From an uncultured bacterium (GTDB lineage Bacteria; Patescibacteriota; Patescibacteriia; Magasanikbacterales; UBA922), in the NCBI GenBank assembly GCA_937861125.1, contig CALMAY010000038.1:126921-190920 (forward strand): a stretch of 64,000 bases of DNA. The letters are read 5' to 3'. The position numbers and the translations under genes were made by a program. Position 1 is the stretch's first letter, and each line of letters begins with the position of its first letter. This document shows positions 1 through 9,203 of this stretch, one piece after another. The notes below the pieces were generated by a model that worked only from the letters and a program-made list of their open reading frames with translations, did no database searches and was not told where the DNA came from.

Positions 1-876
1 GAGTTTTTGGATACCAGCTACCATAGTTACAAAGAAGATGTTGATCTTGCATATCGATTGCGTAGTGCTGGGTATGAGTCATTTGTATTGACCAATACCG
101 TTGCGTATCATGATCGCAGTGGTGCTGGACCAAAGCAGATGGGTGATATTTCTGCTGTGATGAACAAACGTACACAGTCTGCATGGGTGACATATCATAG
201 CTACAAAAACCATTTGATGACGCTCTACAAAAATGAGTACATTTCAAATGTATTGTGGGATTTACCATTTATTTTATTCTACGAGTTCAAGAAATTTGTT
301 TGGTTTCTCTTGTTTAAACCGTCTGTATTGGGTGGACTTTTTGAGTGCATTCGACTTCGGCATATACTTTCACATAATCGATCTCTTATTACCAAACGAA
401 GACGTGTGGGTGCAAAGAGTATTCGCTCGTGGTGGAGAAAGAGACATATTCGTCAAGAATCGTTTGGGGTAGTGCCTACATATATTGATCGGAATGGTGG
501 GCGTTGGTTTTTGCTGATACGTGAAAAACGAGGAGGACATTGGGGATTTCCAAAAGGGCGCCCAGAAGTGTGTGAGACACCTGAGCAGTCCGCACGTCGT
601 GAATTAGAAGAGGAGACAGGGATGGGACATGTAGTGCTGGATTTGTCGCATCCGTTTGTTCATGACTATGTGTTTGATGGACGCTCAGGTGTGATATTAC
701 ACAAGACGGTGCAGTTGTATGTGGGTACATGCGTCCATATGCAGACAGAGTTGCAAACCAGTGAGGTGGCTGATCGAGTGTGGTTACAGTATGAAGAGGC
801 GCGCCGTTTATTGACACATGAAGCATCTCGTCGTACCCTAGATGAGGTGGAGAAGTATCTGTTACGTAGTGCATAA
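1..876 (+). CDS. Glycosyltransferase family 2 C-terminal part (5' end cut by window edge) continuing in-frame into a Nudix hydrolase domain
   Basis: Frame is open from nt 1. GT2 C-terminal motif EDVDLAYRLRSAGY and a hydrophobic/basic tail are followed by a complete Nudix box GFPKGRPEVCETPEQSARRELEEETG. No stop lies between them. An in-frame GTG at 472 could be a separate Nudix start. Confidence 0.6.
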   Translation, partial: EFLDTSYHSYKEDVDLAYRLRSAGYESFVLTNTVAYHDRSGAGPKQMGDISAVMNKRTQSAWVTYHSYKNHLMTLYKNEYISNVLWDLPFILFYEFKKFVWFLLFKPSVLGGLFECIRLRHILSHNRSLITKRRRVGAKSIRSWWRKRHIRQESFGVVPTYIDRNGGRWFLLIREKRGGHWGFPKGRPEVCETPEQSARRELEEETGMGHVVLDLSHPFVHDYVFDGRSGVILHKTVQLYVGTCVHMQTELQTSEVADRVWLQYEEARRLLTHEASRRTLDEVEKYLLRSA

Positions 877-879
877 TAT

Positions 880-1716
880 ATGAAAGATATTCATATCGTG
901 TTTCTCAATTATTTCATGAAGGATGATATCCTACAGGCCGTTGAATCGGTATTGTGCGATATTGTTGATTGTCCCTACAGTGTTGTGATTACTGTCGCTG
1001 ACAATTCAAATAATGGTGATGGTATTGAGCAAGATTTGACATCTCGTTTTCCATCAGTGCGATATATTAATTCTGGTGGTAATGTTGGGTTTGGAAAGGG
1101 AAATGTAATTGGGTTTCAGACAGAAGAAGCACGATATTATTTTGCACTCAATCGTGATACAGTAATTCCAAAAGACTCCAAAACAATTGAGCGTTTAGTG
1201 CGGTTTATGGATGAGCATCCACAGATTGGGTGTATTGGACCAAAACTACTTAATATGGATGGAAGCCTTCAGTATAATTGCTACCGATTTGATTTGCCGT
1301 CTCTGCTCATCAAACCACTCAAACAAATTAATTTTGATAAAAAGTATGCATGGGTAAAAAGGTATGCAGATCGACTTGAGATGAAAGATTTTGATCATAA
1401 TAGTACGCGACCAGTAGATTGGGTACTTGGAGCTGCGATGGTGGTACGACGAGAAGTGGTAGAAAAAATTGGTTGGTTTGATGAGAGGTATTTTATGTAT
1501 CTTGAAGATTGTGATTGGTGTCGGCAAATGTGGGAGTGTCATTTTCCTGTCTATTATGTTCATGATATCGTAATCTACCATAGGCATGAGCGAGGATCAT
1601 CCAAAGTGCCGGGGATTTGGAAAGCATTGTTTAAAAACAAACTTGCACGGATACACGCCAAAAGTTGGCTTCAGTATCTATGGAAGTGGAAAGGAACACG
1701 TTATTTCACTATATAA
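880..1716 (+). CDS. Glycosyltransferase family 2
   Basis: 278-aa ORF. GT2-type N-terminal Rossmann region (HIVFLNYF, VADNSNNGD) and the YLEDCDWCRQMWECHF motif typical of rhamnosyl/GT2 transferases. Confidence 0.8.
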   Translation: MKDIHIVFLNYFMKDDILQAVESVLCDIVDCPYSVVITVADNSNNGDGIEQDLTSRFPSVRYINSGGNVGFGKGNVIGFQTEEARYYFALNRDTVIPKDSKTIERLVRFMDEHPQIGCIGPKLLNMDGSLQYNCYRFDLPSLLIKPLKQINFDKKYAWVKRYADRLEMKDFDHNSTRPVDWVLGAAMVVRREVVEKIGWFDERYFMYLEDCDWCRQMWECHFPVYYVHDIVIYHRHERGSSKVPGIWKALFKNKLARIHAKSWLQYLWKWKGTRYFTI

Positions 1717-1724
1717 TAAATCAT

Positions 1725-2828
1725 ATGTCTGCTACCCCAAAAATTGGCATCGTCTATCTCCTGTATTATCACAACAAAGAGTATGTGGATGATATGGTCG
1801 GTGCACTCAAAAAAGTGAGTTATCCAAAAGATCAACTTGAGTTGATTATCGTCGCTAACAATCATCCAAAAGATGGTTCATTTGTCTATTATCTTGAAGA
1901 AGCGGTAATGCCATATTCTGGAAAAGAATTACCACGGGTGACGATTTTACCTCAAAAAGAAAATTTGGGATTTGCTGGTGGAAATAATATCGGAGCTGAC
2001 TGGGCGATAGAACATGGGTGTGACTATATCTTCTTTCACAATAATGATGGATTTTTTGCGTCTGATGCATTTGAGCCATTGATCGCAGCATTTGCATCTG
2101 ATACCAAGATTGGTATGGTGCAGTCATTGATGCGACTTCATCCTGAGACAGAACTACTCAACAGCGCTGGTAATTCATTTCACTATCTCGGATTTGGGTT
2201 TTGTGACAAGTATCGTCAATCTGTAGACACGCTTAATCTAGAACCTATTACCGATGTTGATTATACGAGTGGAGCTGCGCTGATGGTACGCTCTGATCTG
2301 TATCGACAGTATGGTGGGTGGGACAATGATTTCTTTTTGTATCATGAAGATTTGGAGTGGTCTATGCGGTTGCGTGCTCATGGATATCGTATTGTATTGG
2401 TGCGTGACTCAGTTTTTTATCATAAATATCAGTTTGGAAGAAGTATCGAAAAGTTTTTTTGGATGGAACGCAATCGTCATGCAGTGATGATTATGTTTTT
2501 CAAATGGCCGACGCTTGCACTACTATTCCCAATAGCCTTTGTTCTTGAGCTTGGTCTCTGGTATTTCAGCTTCAAACGCGGATATGCCAAAAAACGTTGG
2601 GATGTGTATACATATTGGTTTGATAAAAAGAATCGTGATATTTGGTTGAAAAAGCGTAAAGAGATACAAAACACACGTACAGTGTCGGATAGATATCTTC
2701 TCTCTTTCTCTGTGCCTGATATCAAATTTCAAGAGGCTGACATGAGTAATCCGCTTCTGACCTATGTCGGCAATCCGATTATGAAGGTGTATTACTATGT
2801 GGTTGTAAAGGGATTGATTTGGTGGTAA
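1725..2828 (+). CDS. Glycosyltransferase family 2 with C-terminal membrane segments
   Basis: ATG 1725 lies just after the previous stop; the ORF-track start 1665 overlaps that gene. Motifs IVANNHPKDG, FFHNNDGF, YHEDLEWSMRLRAHGY. Hydrophobic C-terminus. Confidence 0.8.
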   Translation: MSATPKIGIVYLLYYHNKEYVDDMVGALKKVSYPKDQLELIIVANNHPKDGSFVYYLEEAVMPYSGKELPRVTILPQKENLGFAGGNNIGADWAIEHGCDYIFFHNNDGFFASDAFEPLIAAFASDTKIGMVQSLMRLHPETELLNSAGNSFHYLGFGFCDKYRQSVDTLNLEPITDVDYTSGAALMVRSDLYRQYGGWDNDFFLYHEDLEWSMRLRAHGYRIVLVRDSVFYHKYQFGRSIEKFFWMERNRHAVMIMFFKWPTLALLFPIAFVLELGLWYFSFKRGYAKKRWDVYTYWFDKKNRDIWLKKRKEIQNTRTVSDRYLLSFSVPDIKFQEADMSNPLLTYVGNPIMKVYYYVVVKGLIWW

Positions 2829-2850
2829 TATCCAGTCCTTAGGTTTGTAA

Positions 2851-2927
2851 GCAGGGTAGGCAGAGTAAGCCGTATAAAACCAATGTGTTTGTGGCTTACT
2901 CTGCCTACTCTGCCTACTCTGCTTATT
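2851..2927. repeat. 20/21-bp inverted repeat (2851-2871 / 2893-2913, 21-nt loop) merging into about 3-4 tandem copies of the 9-mer CTGCCTACT
   Basis: GCAGGGTAGGCAGAGTAAGCC versus GGCTTACTCTGCCTACTCTGC read directly. 9-mer copies at 2901-2909 and 2910-2918, degenerate copy at 2919-2927. A T-rich tract follows. Sits between the GT2 stop and the next start codon. Confidence 0.8.
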
Positions 2928-2932
2928 TTGTT

Positions 2933-4018
2933 ATGAAAATAAAGAAAGCCATCCTTACGGGTGGTGGACGAGCAACACGGCTCCATCCAATCACCACGAC
3001 AATCAACAAACATCTCCTTCCATTGGCTAACAAACCCATGTTGTTTCACGCAATTGATAAAGTGGTGGAGGCTGGGGTGACAGACATTTTTATCAATATC
3101 AATCCTGGTGAGACAGAACTACAGCGAGCGATTGGGGATGGGGGGCATTGGGGAGTTCGGATCACTTTTTTTGAACAAACTGGCGGGCCACAAGGTGTAG
3201 CACATGTGGTCAATGAGGCGGCGCAATTTATTGGAGATGATCCATTTTTGTTTTATCTCTCTGACAATATTTTGCTTGGACAAGTGACAGAGCTGGTCTC
3301 TGAGTTTAACTCTGGGTCATATGATTGTATGCTCGCACTCTCGACCGTTCCTGATCCACAGCGTTTTGGTGTGCCCGTGTTTGCTGATGATGATAGTACG
3401 CTTGTAGATGTACTTGAAAAACCAAGTGATCCGCCAAATAATTTTGCGGTGACGGGATTGTATGTATATGGTCCAAAAGTATTTTTTGATGCATTTAAAC
3501 GGATTGAAAAAAGTGCTCGTGGCGAGTATGAAATTAGTAGTATTCATTCACTCTTTCTCAAAGAAGGAAAACGAGTGGGATACAAAGAAATTACTGGTTG
3601 GTGGAAAGATACTGGAAAGCCAGAGGACCTACTCATTGCAAGTCAGTTACTGATGGATGGGATGCCTTCTGAATCATTTGTTTGTCGAGCGGCGCTTCAG
3701 AGTGATACAGTGATTGAAGGAAATGTACAGGTGGGAAGTGGTACAACGATTGGTCCAGGAGTAGTGTTGCGTGGTCCGGTGATGATTGGAGAAAATTGTA
3801 CACTAAAGCAGTGTGTGATTGGTCCGCACGTTAGTATTGCACATGGGTGTAGTATCGATGGTGCAACAATTCAAAAAAGTATTATTTTGGACAACACCAG
3901 TATTCATCTTTATCGCACTATTTCAGATAGTATTATCGGTAAACAGGTACGGCTCCATGAAGATGAATCACCGATAAAAAAAATGATTATCGGTGATAAG
4001 ACTGATATCGTGGTGTAA
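2933..4018 (+). CDS. Sugar-1-phosphate nucleotidylyltransferase (RmlA / glucose-1-phosphate thymidylyltransferase-like) with C-terminal left-handed beta-helix
   Basis: N-terminal GGGRATRLHPIT...LLPLANKPM nucleotidyltransferase loop. C-terminal hexapeptide-like repeats (VIEGNVQVGSGTTIGPGVVLRGPVMIGENC). ATG 2933 is preferred over GTG 2885, which lies inside the repeat. Confidence 0.8.
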   Translation: MKIKKAILTGGGRATRLHPITTTINKHLLPLANKPMLFHAIDKVVEAGVTDIFININPGETELQRAIGDGGHWGVRITFFEQTGGPQGVAHVVNEAAQFIGDDPFLFYLSDNILLGQVTELVSEFNSGSYDCMLALSTVPDPQRFGVPVFADDDSTLVDVLEKPSDPPNNFAVTGLYVYGPKVFFDAFKRIEKSARGEYEISSIHSLFLKEGKRVGYKEITGWWKDTGKPEDLLIASQLLMDGMPSESFVCRAALQSDTVIEGNVQVGSGTTIGPGVVLRGPVMIGENCTLKQCVIGPHVSIAHGCSIDGATIQKSIILDNTSIHLYRTISDSIIGKQVRLHEDESPIKKMIIGDKTDIVV

Positions 4019-4020
4019 TA

Positions 4021-4050
4021 AAAAGAGTGGTTGTTAGCCACTCTTTTTTA
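4021..4050. terminator. Bidirectional intrinsic terminator between convergent genes
   Basis: AAAAGAGTGG-ttgttag-CCACTCTTTTTT: 7-bp stem flanked by an A-run and a T-run. Overlaps the stop of the minus-strand gene. Confidence 0.7.
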
Positions 4051-5403
4051 ATATTGCAGTGAATGTAGATTTCGTTTCGTTTGGTGTGTTCCGTAAAAAT
4101 AAATAGTTCGTCTGCTTTGATCAACACCAACTGATTCGATGTTGTCTGTTTGTAGGAGAAGCTGGCTGGTATAAAATCCAGGGTTAAAACCAATCAGTTG
4201 GTTTTTCTTTGTGATGAGGATGACACCAGTATCTTCGAGTGCGAGTACGGATAAGATTGGTTCATCGGTTCGATAGATTGTGTTGTATGTCCCGTCAGCG
4301 TAGAGCAGAGCGATTTCGTACGGGCTATAGAGCACCCACTCTCGCGTTTGTGGTATGTAGATGCTGTGTGGGCCGGGGAGTATAGTGGCACGCTGTGCGC
4401 CGTCCCATTCTTTTGTTATGTGTGTATGTTGATTTCCTGTTTTGATAAGGGCTGCGCTTTCGGTTGCAAAGAGAATGGTGTCAGCGTCAAGTGATGAAAA
4501 AAACATCTCACCATTGCGTGATAGGGATCGTGTGGTGGTGCTGTATGACCAGACGTCGTTTCCATCAGCTGTGTACCAGATAGCAGTGCTCGATGGGTAG
4601 TTGAGTGGTGAGAGTGTTTCATTGGTAATTTTGGTGGAAAGTGTGGATGTGCCAACAAACAGTGAGGCACTACTGAGCAGTGTGTCGGTCCACTGATAAT
4701 GGAGCGGTGTTGATGTTGGAATGATAATTTCTGTGAGTGGTTTTGTTTGTTCGCTGTTTGTAGATATGGTGAACAGTCTTTTTTGTGTTTGTTCGTTTAG
4801 TACGATGGCAGCATGTTCACCGTTGTCTGACCACATAACGTTGATAGTGCTATCCAGTGGTGTGGTTGTGATACTGCTGTATCGTTCTGCGCTCGCATTG
4901 TCGACGAGATGGATTTCTTGTGTCGTTGTTGTTGGTAGGACCATGATACTTTTATTTCCGTTTGGAGCAAAGAAAATGTGTCTAGCACCAACCACTTCAG
5001 TAGTGCCACTAATCTCGGGGGGTGTATTGTCAGCAAACAATGTCAACCCTTTGATATATGTCGTCTGGTTACTTTCAATGCGAATATCTTTTTTCCAGGT
5101 ATGATATCCATCTGCTGAAATCTCTACGGTGTATGTCCCTGGCGCACGGTTAAATAATTTAATTGGCATGGTGTCATCAAGTATTACGTCATTGATTTTG
5201 ACGGTTGCTCGTTTTGGTAATATATCGATATTCAGCACGCCGGTTGTTTTGATAGACTGTGTCGCGAGATCAAATCGATATCCCATCGTATAGAGCAAGA
5301 CGAGTGGTGCGAGGATAAAAAATGAGAGGACCAAACAGGCCATAATAAGGCGCCGCACTGGTCGTGTAAGATAGGTTTTTTCAGGAAACGGCATAGGTTG
5401 CAA
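4048..5403 (-). CDS. Membrane-anchored PEGA-domain protein with beta-rich extracellular region
   Basis: N-terminal TM helix (LIMACLVLSFFILAPLVLLY). PEGA-like segment ATVKINDV...GTYTVEISADGYHTWKKDIRI. Confidence 0.6.
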   Translation of the reverse strand: MQPMPFPEKTYLTRPVRRLIMACLVLSFFILAPLVLLYTMGYRFDLATQSIKTTGVLNIDILPKRATVKINDVILDDTMPIKLFNRAPGTYTVEISADGYHTWKKDIRIESNQTTYIKGLTLFADNTPPEISGTTEVVGARHIFFAPNGNKSIMVLPTTTTQEIHLVDNASAERYSSITTTPLDSTINVMWSDNGEHAAIVLNEQTQKRLFTISTNSEQTKPLTEIIIPTSTPLHYQWTDTLLSSASLFVGTSTLSTKITNETLSPLNYPSSTAIWYTADGNDVWSYSTTTRSLSRNGEMFFSSLDADTILFATESAALIKTGNQHTHITKEWDGAQRATILPGPHSIYIPQTREWVLYSPYEIALLYADGTYNTIYRTDEPILSVLALEDTGVILITKKNQLIGFNPGFYTSQLLLQTDNIESVGVDQSRRTIYFYGTHQTKRNLHSLQY

Positions 5404-5463
5404 ATTTAGGTATTTTCGTGTACGCTATACAGTATACGTTTCTCTTACTTTATACGCAAGGGT

Positions 5464-6771
5464 ATGGTTCATTATCACATCGTGGGGGGCAAAAAGCTCT
5501 CTGGAAGTATTGCAACAGGAAGTGGAAAAAATTCACCAATTGCTCTCATTTGTGCCTCATTACTTATGAAAGGTGTGGTTCGCCTTGGGGGCATTACACC
5601 AGTTGAAGAAATCAATCGTATTTTGGAAGTATTGGTAAGTATAGGCGTTCGTGTTTCATGGGAAAAACAGGATACATTGGTGATTGATACGACAGGAAAA
5701 ATTACACCAGAAAAAATGGATAAAACGGTCGCAGCAAAAGTGAGAATCGCATTGCTGTTGTTTGGTGCGCTTGCAGCGAAGTTTCCTACGTTCAAAGTGT
5801 ATCGTACTGGTGGGTGCGATCTTGGTGAGCGTACGATACAACCACACACACGTGCATTAGCAAAGTTAGGTATTAGTATTGGACACAAGAGTGAATACTA
5901 TGATGTACGTGTCAAAACACTTCGTGGCGCGCATGTCACTATGTATGAGTCCAGTGATACTGCGACAGAAAATGTGATCATGGCTGCGGTGCTTGCCAAA
6001 GGAACAACCAAAATCACCTTTGCGTCTGCCAATTATATGGTGCAAGATCTGTGTTATTTTCTCAATGAGTGTGGTGCCAACATTCGTGGTATTGGTACAA
6101 CGACACTCATTATTGAAGGTGTGCAAGTACTTAATCCACCAGCAGTGTATCACCCAATTCCAGATCCAGTAGATGCAATGGCGTGGATTTCGCTTGCTGT
6201 GACCACTGCATCACCGCTTACTATTACACAGTGCCCAGTTGATTTCCTCGAGCTTGAACTTGAGTATCTCAGTATGATGGGTCAAAAGATCGTCCGCTCC
6301 AAAACATATACATCAAAAAATGGACATTTTGAATTGATGGATGTGACACTTCCAGTTTCAAAACTTCACGCCAATCACGACAAGCTACACCCACGTCCAT
6401 ATCCAGGACTCAATATCGATGCAATCCCACTCTTTATGCCGATCTTGACTCGGGCAAAGGGTCGGACATTGGTACACGATTGGATTTATGAAAACCGTGC
6501 TCTTTATGCACTTGATTTACAAAAATTAGGAGCGAAAGTGACTTTGCTTGATCCACATCGTGTGTGGATTGAGGGGCAGACACAGCTTCGTGGTGGAGAG
6601 CTTGTGTGCCCTCCCGCGCTTCGTCCTGGTATGGCGCTTCTTATTGCCATGCTCTCAGCCAAGGGTGAATCCACATTGCGTAATGCCTATATGATCGAGC
6701 GAGGATATGGTGATGTAGCCAAACGTCTCAAGACACTTGGTGCAGATATTCGTCGTGTGACACAATCATAA
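5464..6771 (+). CDS. murA: UDP-N-acetylglucosamine 1-carboxyvinyltransferase
   Basis: 435 aa. MurA-type N-terminus (HIVGGKKLSGSI..GSGKNSPIAL) and active-site loop RTGGCDLGERTIQPH. Confidence 0.9.
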   Translation: MVHYHIVGGKKLSGSIATGSGKNSPIALICASLLMKGVVRLGGITPVEEINRILEVLVSIGVRVSWEKQDTLVIDTTGKITPEKMDKTVAAKVRIALLLFGALAAKFPTFKVYRTGGCDLGERTIQPHTRALAKLGISIGHKSEYYDVRVKTLRGAHVTMYESSDTATENVIMAAVLAKGTTKITFASANYMVQDLCYFLNECGANIRGIGTTTLIIEGVQVLNPPAVYHPIPDPVDAMAWISLAVTTASPLTITQCPVDFLELELEYLSMMGQKIVRSKTYTSKNGHFELMDVTLPVSKLHANHDKLHPRPYPGLNIDAIPLFMPILTRAKGRTLVHDWIYENRALYALDLQKLGAKVTLLDPHRVWIEGQTQLRGGELVCPPALRPGMALLIAMLSAKGESTLRNAYMIERGYGDVAKRLKTLGADIRRVTQS

Positions 6772-6774
6772 TAT

Positions 6775-8028
6775 ATGAATGATACAATAAAAAAAAGAAA
6801 GTTTTCGATTGGTTGGACGATCGCTTTGATGATTGTTTTTAGTTCTGGATTATTTTTAGGACAAGCCTTTAGTCTTACCAAAGCAGTAACAGATGAGCAA
6901 AGTGGAGAAGTAGATATCGCTAAAGTGCTCAATCTTTATAGTAATTTGCGTGGAGATAGTGTTGACTTCAAGCAGTTTTGGGAAACATGGGATATGGTAA
7001 AAAACCGATATGTCGATCAGCCTGTAGATGATGTTGATTTGTTTTATGGTGCGCTAGAGGGTTTGGTACAGGGGCTTGATGATCCATACTCAGAGTACTT
7101 TCCTCCGCAGGAGGCCAAAGAGTTTGTCGAATCACTCACAGGTGAGTTTGATGGAATCGGTGCAGAGATTGGTAAGCGCGACGGACAACTTATTGTTATT
7201 GCTCCTATTGCTCATTCTCCAGCAGAACGAGCTGGCATCAAAGCTGGGGATATGATTTTTTTGATTGATAAAGAAGATGTTAGTGCACTTTCTATAGATG
7301 AAGCTGTGTCAAAAATCCGTGGTAAAAAAGGAACACAGGTAACATTGACTGTTGCTTCAAAAGAAGATACGCAGGTACGTGATGTGGTAATTACACGTGA
7401 CACTATTGTTATTCCGACAATTATTTCTGAGATGAAAGAGGGTAGTATTGCATATGTGCGGATGAGTGCGTTTAGTGATGATACTGATGTGGAGCTCAAA
7501 AAGACAGTCAAAGAGTTGTTGACCAAAAATCCAAAAGGATTTATTCTTGATTTGCGTAGTAATCCGGGTGGATATCTCGATACTGCAGTTAATGTGGCAA
7601 GTTTGTGGATTTCATCTGGTCCAGTTGTACTCGAAGGATCTGAAAAAACAGGTAAACAAGCTCTTGACGCTACAGGGCGAGATGTGTTGCTGGCTGATGT
7701 GCCTACTGTTGTGTTAATTGATGGTGGTTCTGCTTCAGCGTCTGAGATTATTGCGGGGGCCTTGCAAGATACCAAAAAAGCGACTATAGTGGGGCAGACT
7801 TCTTTTGGAAAAGGCTCAGTGCAGGATGTACAGCCACTCCCAGACGGTTCTGCTATCAAACTCACTATCGCACGCTGGTACACACCAAATGGACGTCAAA
7901 TTGACAAAGAGGGTATTGTGCCAGATGTGGTGGTAGAGGAGATGGTGACAACGACACCAAAGGGTGATGGAGAGGTGGGGATTATTGATTTGGGGTTGCA
8001 GAAGGCGTTGGAGATATTGAGAAAGTGA
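6775..8028 (+). CDS. C-terminal processing (S41) peptidase with PDZ domain
   Basis: N-terminal TM. Motifs GIGAEIG, PAERAGIKAGD (PDZ), LDLRSNPGGYL, SASASEIIAGALQD. Confidence 0.85.
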   Translation: MNDTIKKRKFSIGWTIALMIVFSSGLFLGQAFSLTKAVTDEQSGEVDIAKVLNLYSNLRGDSVDFKQFWETWDMVKNRYVDQPVDDVDLFYGALEGLVQGLDDPYSEYFPPQEAKEFVESLTGEFDGIGAEIGKRDGQLIVIAPIAHSPAERAGIKAGDMIFLIDKEDVSALSIDEAVSKIRGKKGTQVTLTVASKEDTQVRDVVITRDTIVIPTIISEMKEGSIAYVRMSAFSDDTDVELKKTVKELLTKNPKGFILDLRSNPGGYLDTAVNVASLWISSGPVVLEGSEKTGKQALDATGRDVLLADVPTVVLIDGGSASASEIIAGALQDTKKATIVGQTSFGKGSVQDVQPLPDGSAIKLTIARWYTPNGRQIDKEGIVPDVVVEEMVTTTPKGDGEVGIIDLGLQKALEILRK

Positions 8029-8093
8029 TAAAAAGATTGAGATTAAGATTTAAAATAGAGTAATAGTTGTATTAGAAATTGGTATTTTTCATT

Positions 8094-8462
8094 ATGATCC
8101 AGGGAGTTGTTGTACGCGGTGATGGAATTGGGAAAGCACTTGGCTATCCAACCGCCAATCTTGATATTGATACAAAAAAATTGTCGTATTCAGCCGGTGT
8201 GTATGCAGCGTCTGCTATATTTGACTCACTTTCATTTGATGCAGCACTTATTATCAACAAAGAAAAAAACAAAATTGAAGTGCATTTGTTTGGATACGAG
8301 CATGAAGATTTTTATGGATCAGTGCTCTCAGTTGATCCGATTCAGAAAGTGAGTGAGATAGAACAATGGGAAAGCGAAGAAGCTTTGATGGCAAAAATCA
8401 ACAACGACATTGCGATGATTCAACAATTTCTCTATGACAAAAGGCATAATGAAGAAAACTAA
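8094..8462 (+). CDS. Riboflavin kinase (stand-alone, RibF C-terminal-domain type)
   Basis: GVVVRGDGIGKALGYPTANLDI motif. No FAD-synthetase domain. ATG 8094 chosen within the 8079 ORF. Confidence 0.7.
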   Translation: MIQGVVVRGDGIGKALGYPTANLDIDTKKLSYSAGVYAASAIFDSLSFDAALIINKEKNKIEVHLFGYEHEDFYGSVLSVDPIQKVSEIEQWESEEALMAKINNDIAMIQQFLYDKRHNEEN

Positions 8463-8904
8463 ACAACATGGTCAGGGCTTTCGCATTGGTATTGTCCGTA
8501 CATCATGGAACGATGAGATTGTCAGTGAACTTCATGCACGTTGTGTCCAAGCTCTGCGTGATGCGGGTGTACGTGCCAAAGATATTATTTCTGTCGAAGT
8601 TCCAGGGTCGTTTGAGTTGCCTCTAGCAGCACAATTTTTGATCAAGAAGAAAAAAGTAGATGCGGTGGTAGCTCTAGGGTGTCTGATCAAGGGTGAGACA
8701 ATGCATTTTGAATATATTTGTGAGAGTGTGTCGCATGGGTTACAGCGCGTTGCGCTCGATACGAGCAAACCAGTGGTGTTTGGCGTGCTGTGTTGTCTGA
8801 CAGAATTGCAGGCAAAAGCACGTGCAAGTCGAGAACGAAAAGACCACGGGTATGAGTGGGGGCAGACGGCGGTGGAGATGGTAGGTTTGATAAAGAAAAA
8901 ATAA
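8434..8904 (+). CDS. ribH: 6,7-dimethyl-8-ribityllumazine synthase
   Basis: FRIGIVRTSWNDEI, VEVPGSFELPLAA and ALGCLIKGETMHFEYI motifs. Overlaps the riboflavin kinase gene. Alternative start ATG 8449. Confidence 0.85.
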   Translation: MTKGIMKKTKQHGQGFRIGIVRTSWNDEIVSELHARCVQALRDAGVRAKDIISVEVPGSFELPLAAQFLIKKKKVDAVVALGCLIKGETMHFEYICESVSHGLQRVALDTSKPVVFGVLCCLTELQAKARASRERKDHGYEWGQTAVEMVGLIKKK

Positions 8905-8920
8905 AACGTCTCATGTGCGA

Positions 8921-8961
8921 GAAGACCTCCTGAATATAGGAGGTCTTCTTTACTTTTTTTT
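8921..8961 (+). terminator. Intrinsic terminator after ribH
   Basis: GAAGACCTCCT-gaatat-AGGAGGTCTTC (11-bp stem) followed by a T-rich run. Confidence 0.8.
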
Positions 8962-9016
8962 GTTTGCTTGGTAGGCTATGTGGGGTGATTTAATGGCCAT
9001 TTTGGTCAAGTAAACA

Positions 9017-9202
9017 ATGAGGAGCGTCATGCAAGAAGATGCTGTTCGGTTTGTATCTCTCATGGTCGTCTTTGTTTGTTTTTTTGTTTTTGTTGTTTGG
9101 CTGAAGTATCGTCATGCGACGAAGGTGACGCTGATTAAGTCGCCACCATGGCAGCCGCCAACACCGCCCATCGTTCAGCCCCCGGAGGACCTGGACGGCT
9201 AA
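9017..9202 (+). CDS. Hypothetical small membrane protein with proline-rich tail
   Basis: GAGGAG upstream of ATG 9029. One hydrophobic helix (FVSLMVVFVCFFVFVVWL), then PPWQPPTPPIVQPPEDLDG. Followed by its own terminator. The 3' part is locally GC-rich. No family recognised. Confidence 0.35.
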   Translation: MRSVMQEDAVRFVSLMVVFVCFFVFVVWLKYRHATKVTLIKSPPWQPPTPPIVQPPEDLDG

Positions 9203-9203
9203 A

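Noticed and set aside
2893-2927. Short tandem 9-mers, considered as a possible CRISPR-like array.
   Set aside because: The units are contiguous with no spacers, only about 3-4 copies are present, and no cas genes are in the window.
7212-7883. 223-aa minus-strand ORF. Similar long antisense or alternate-frame ORFs occur at 54790-55551, 41084-41626, 10875-11399, 12819-13289 and 44047-44517.
   Set aside because: All lie entirely inside confidently identified genes on the other strand or frame and have low-complexity Ser/Pro/Arg-rich translations. They are shadow ORFs.
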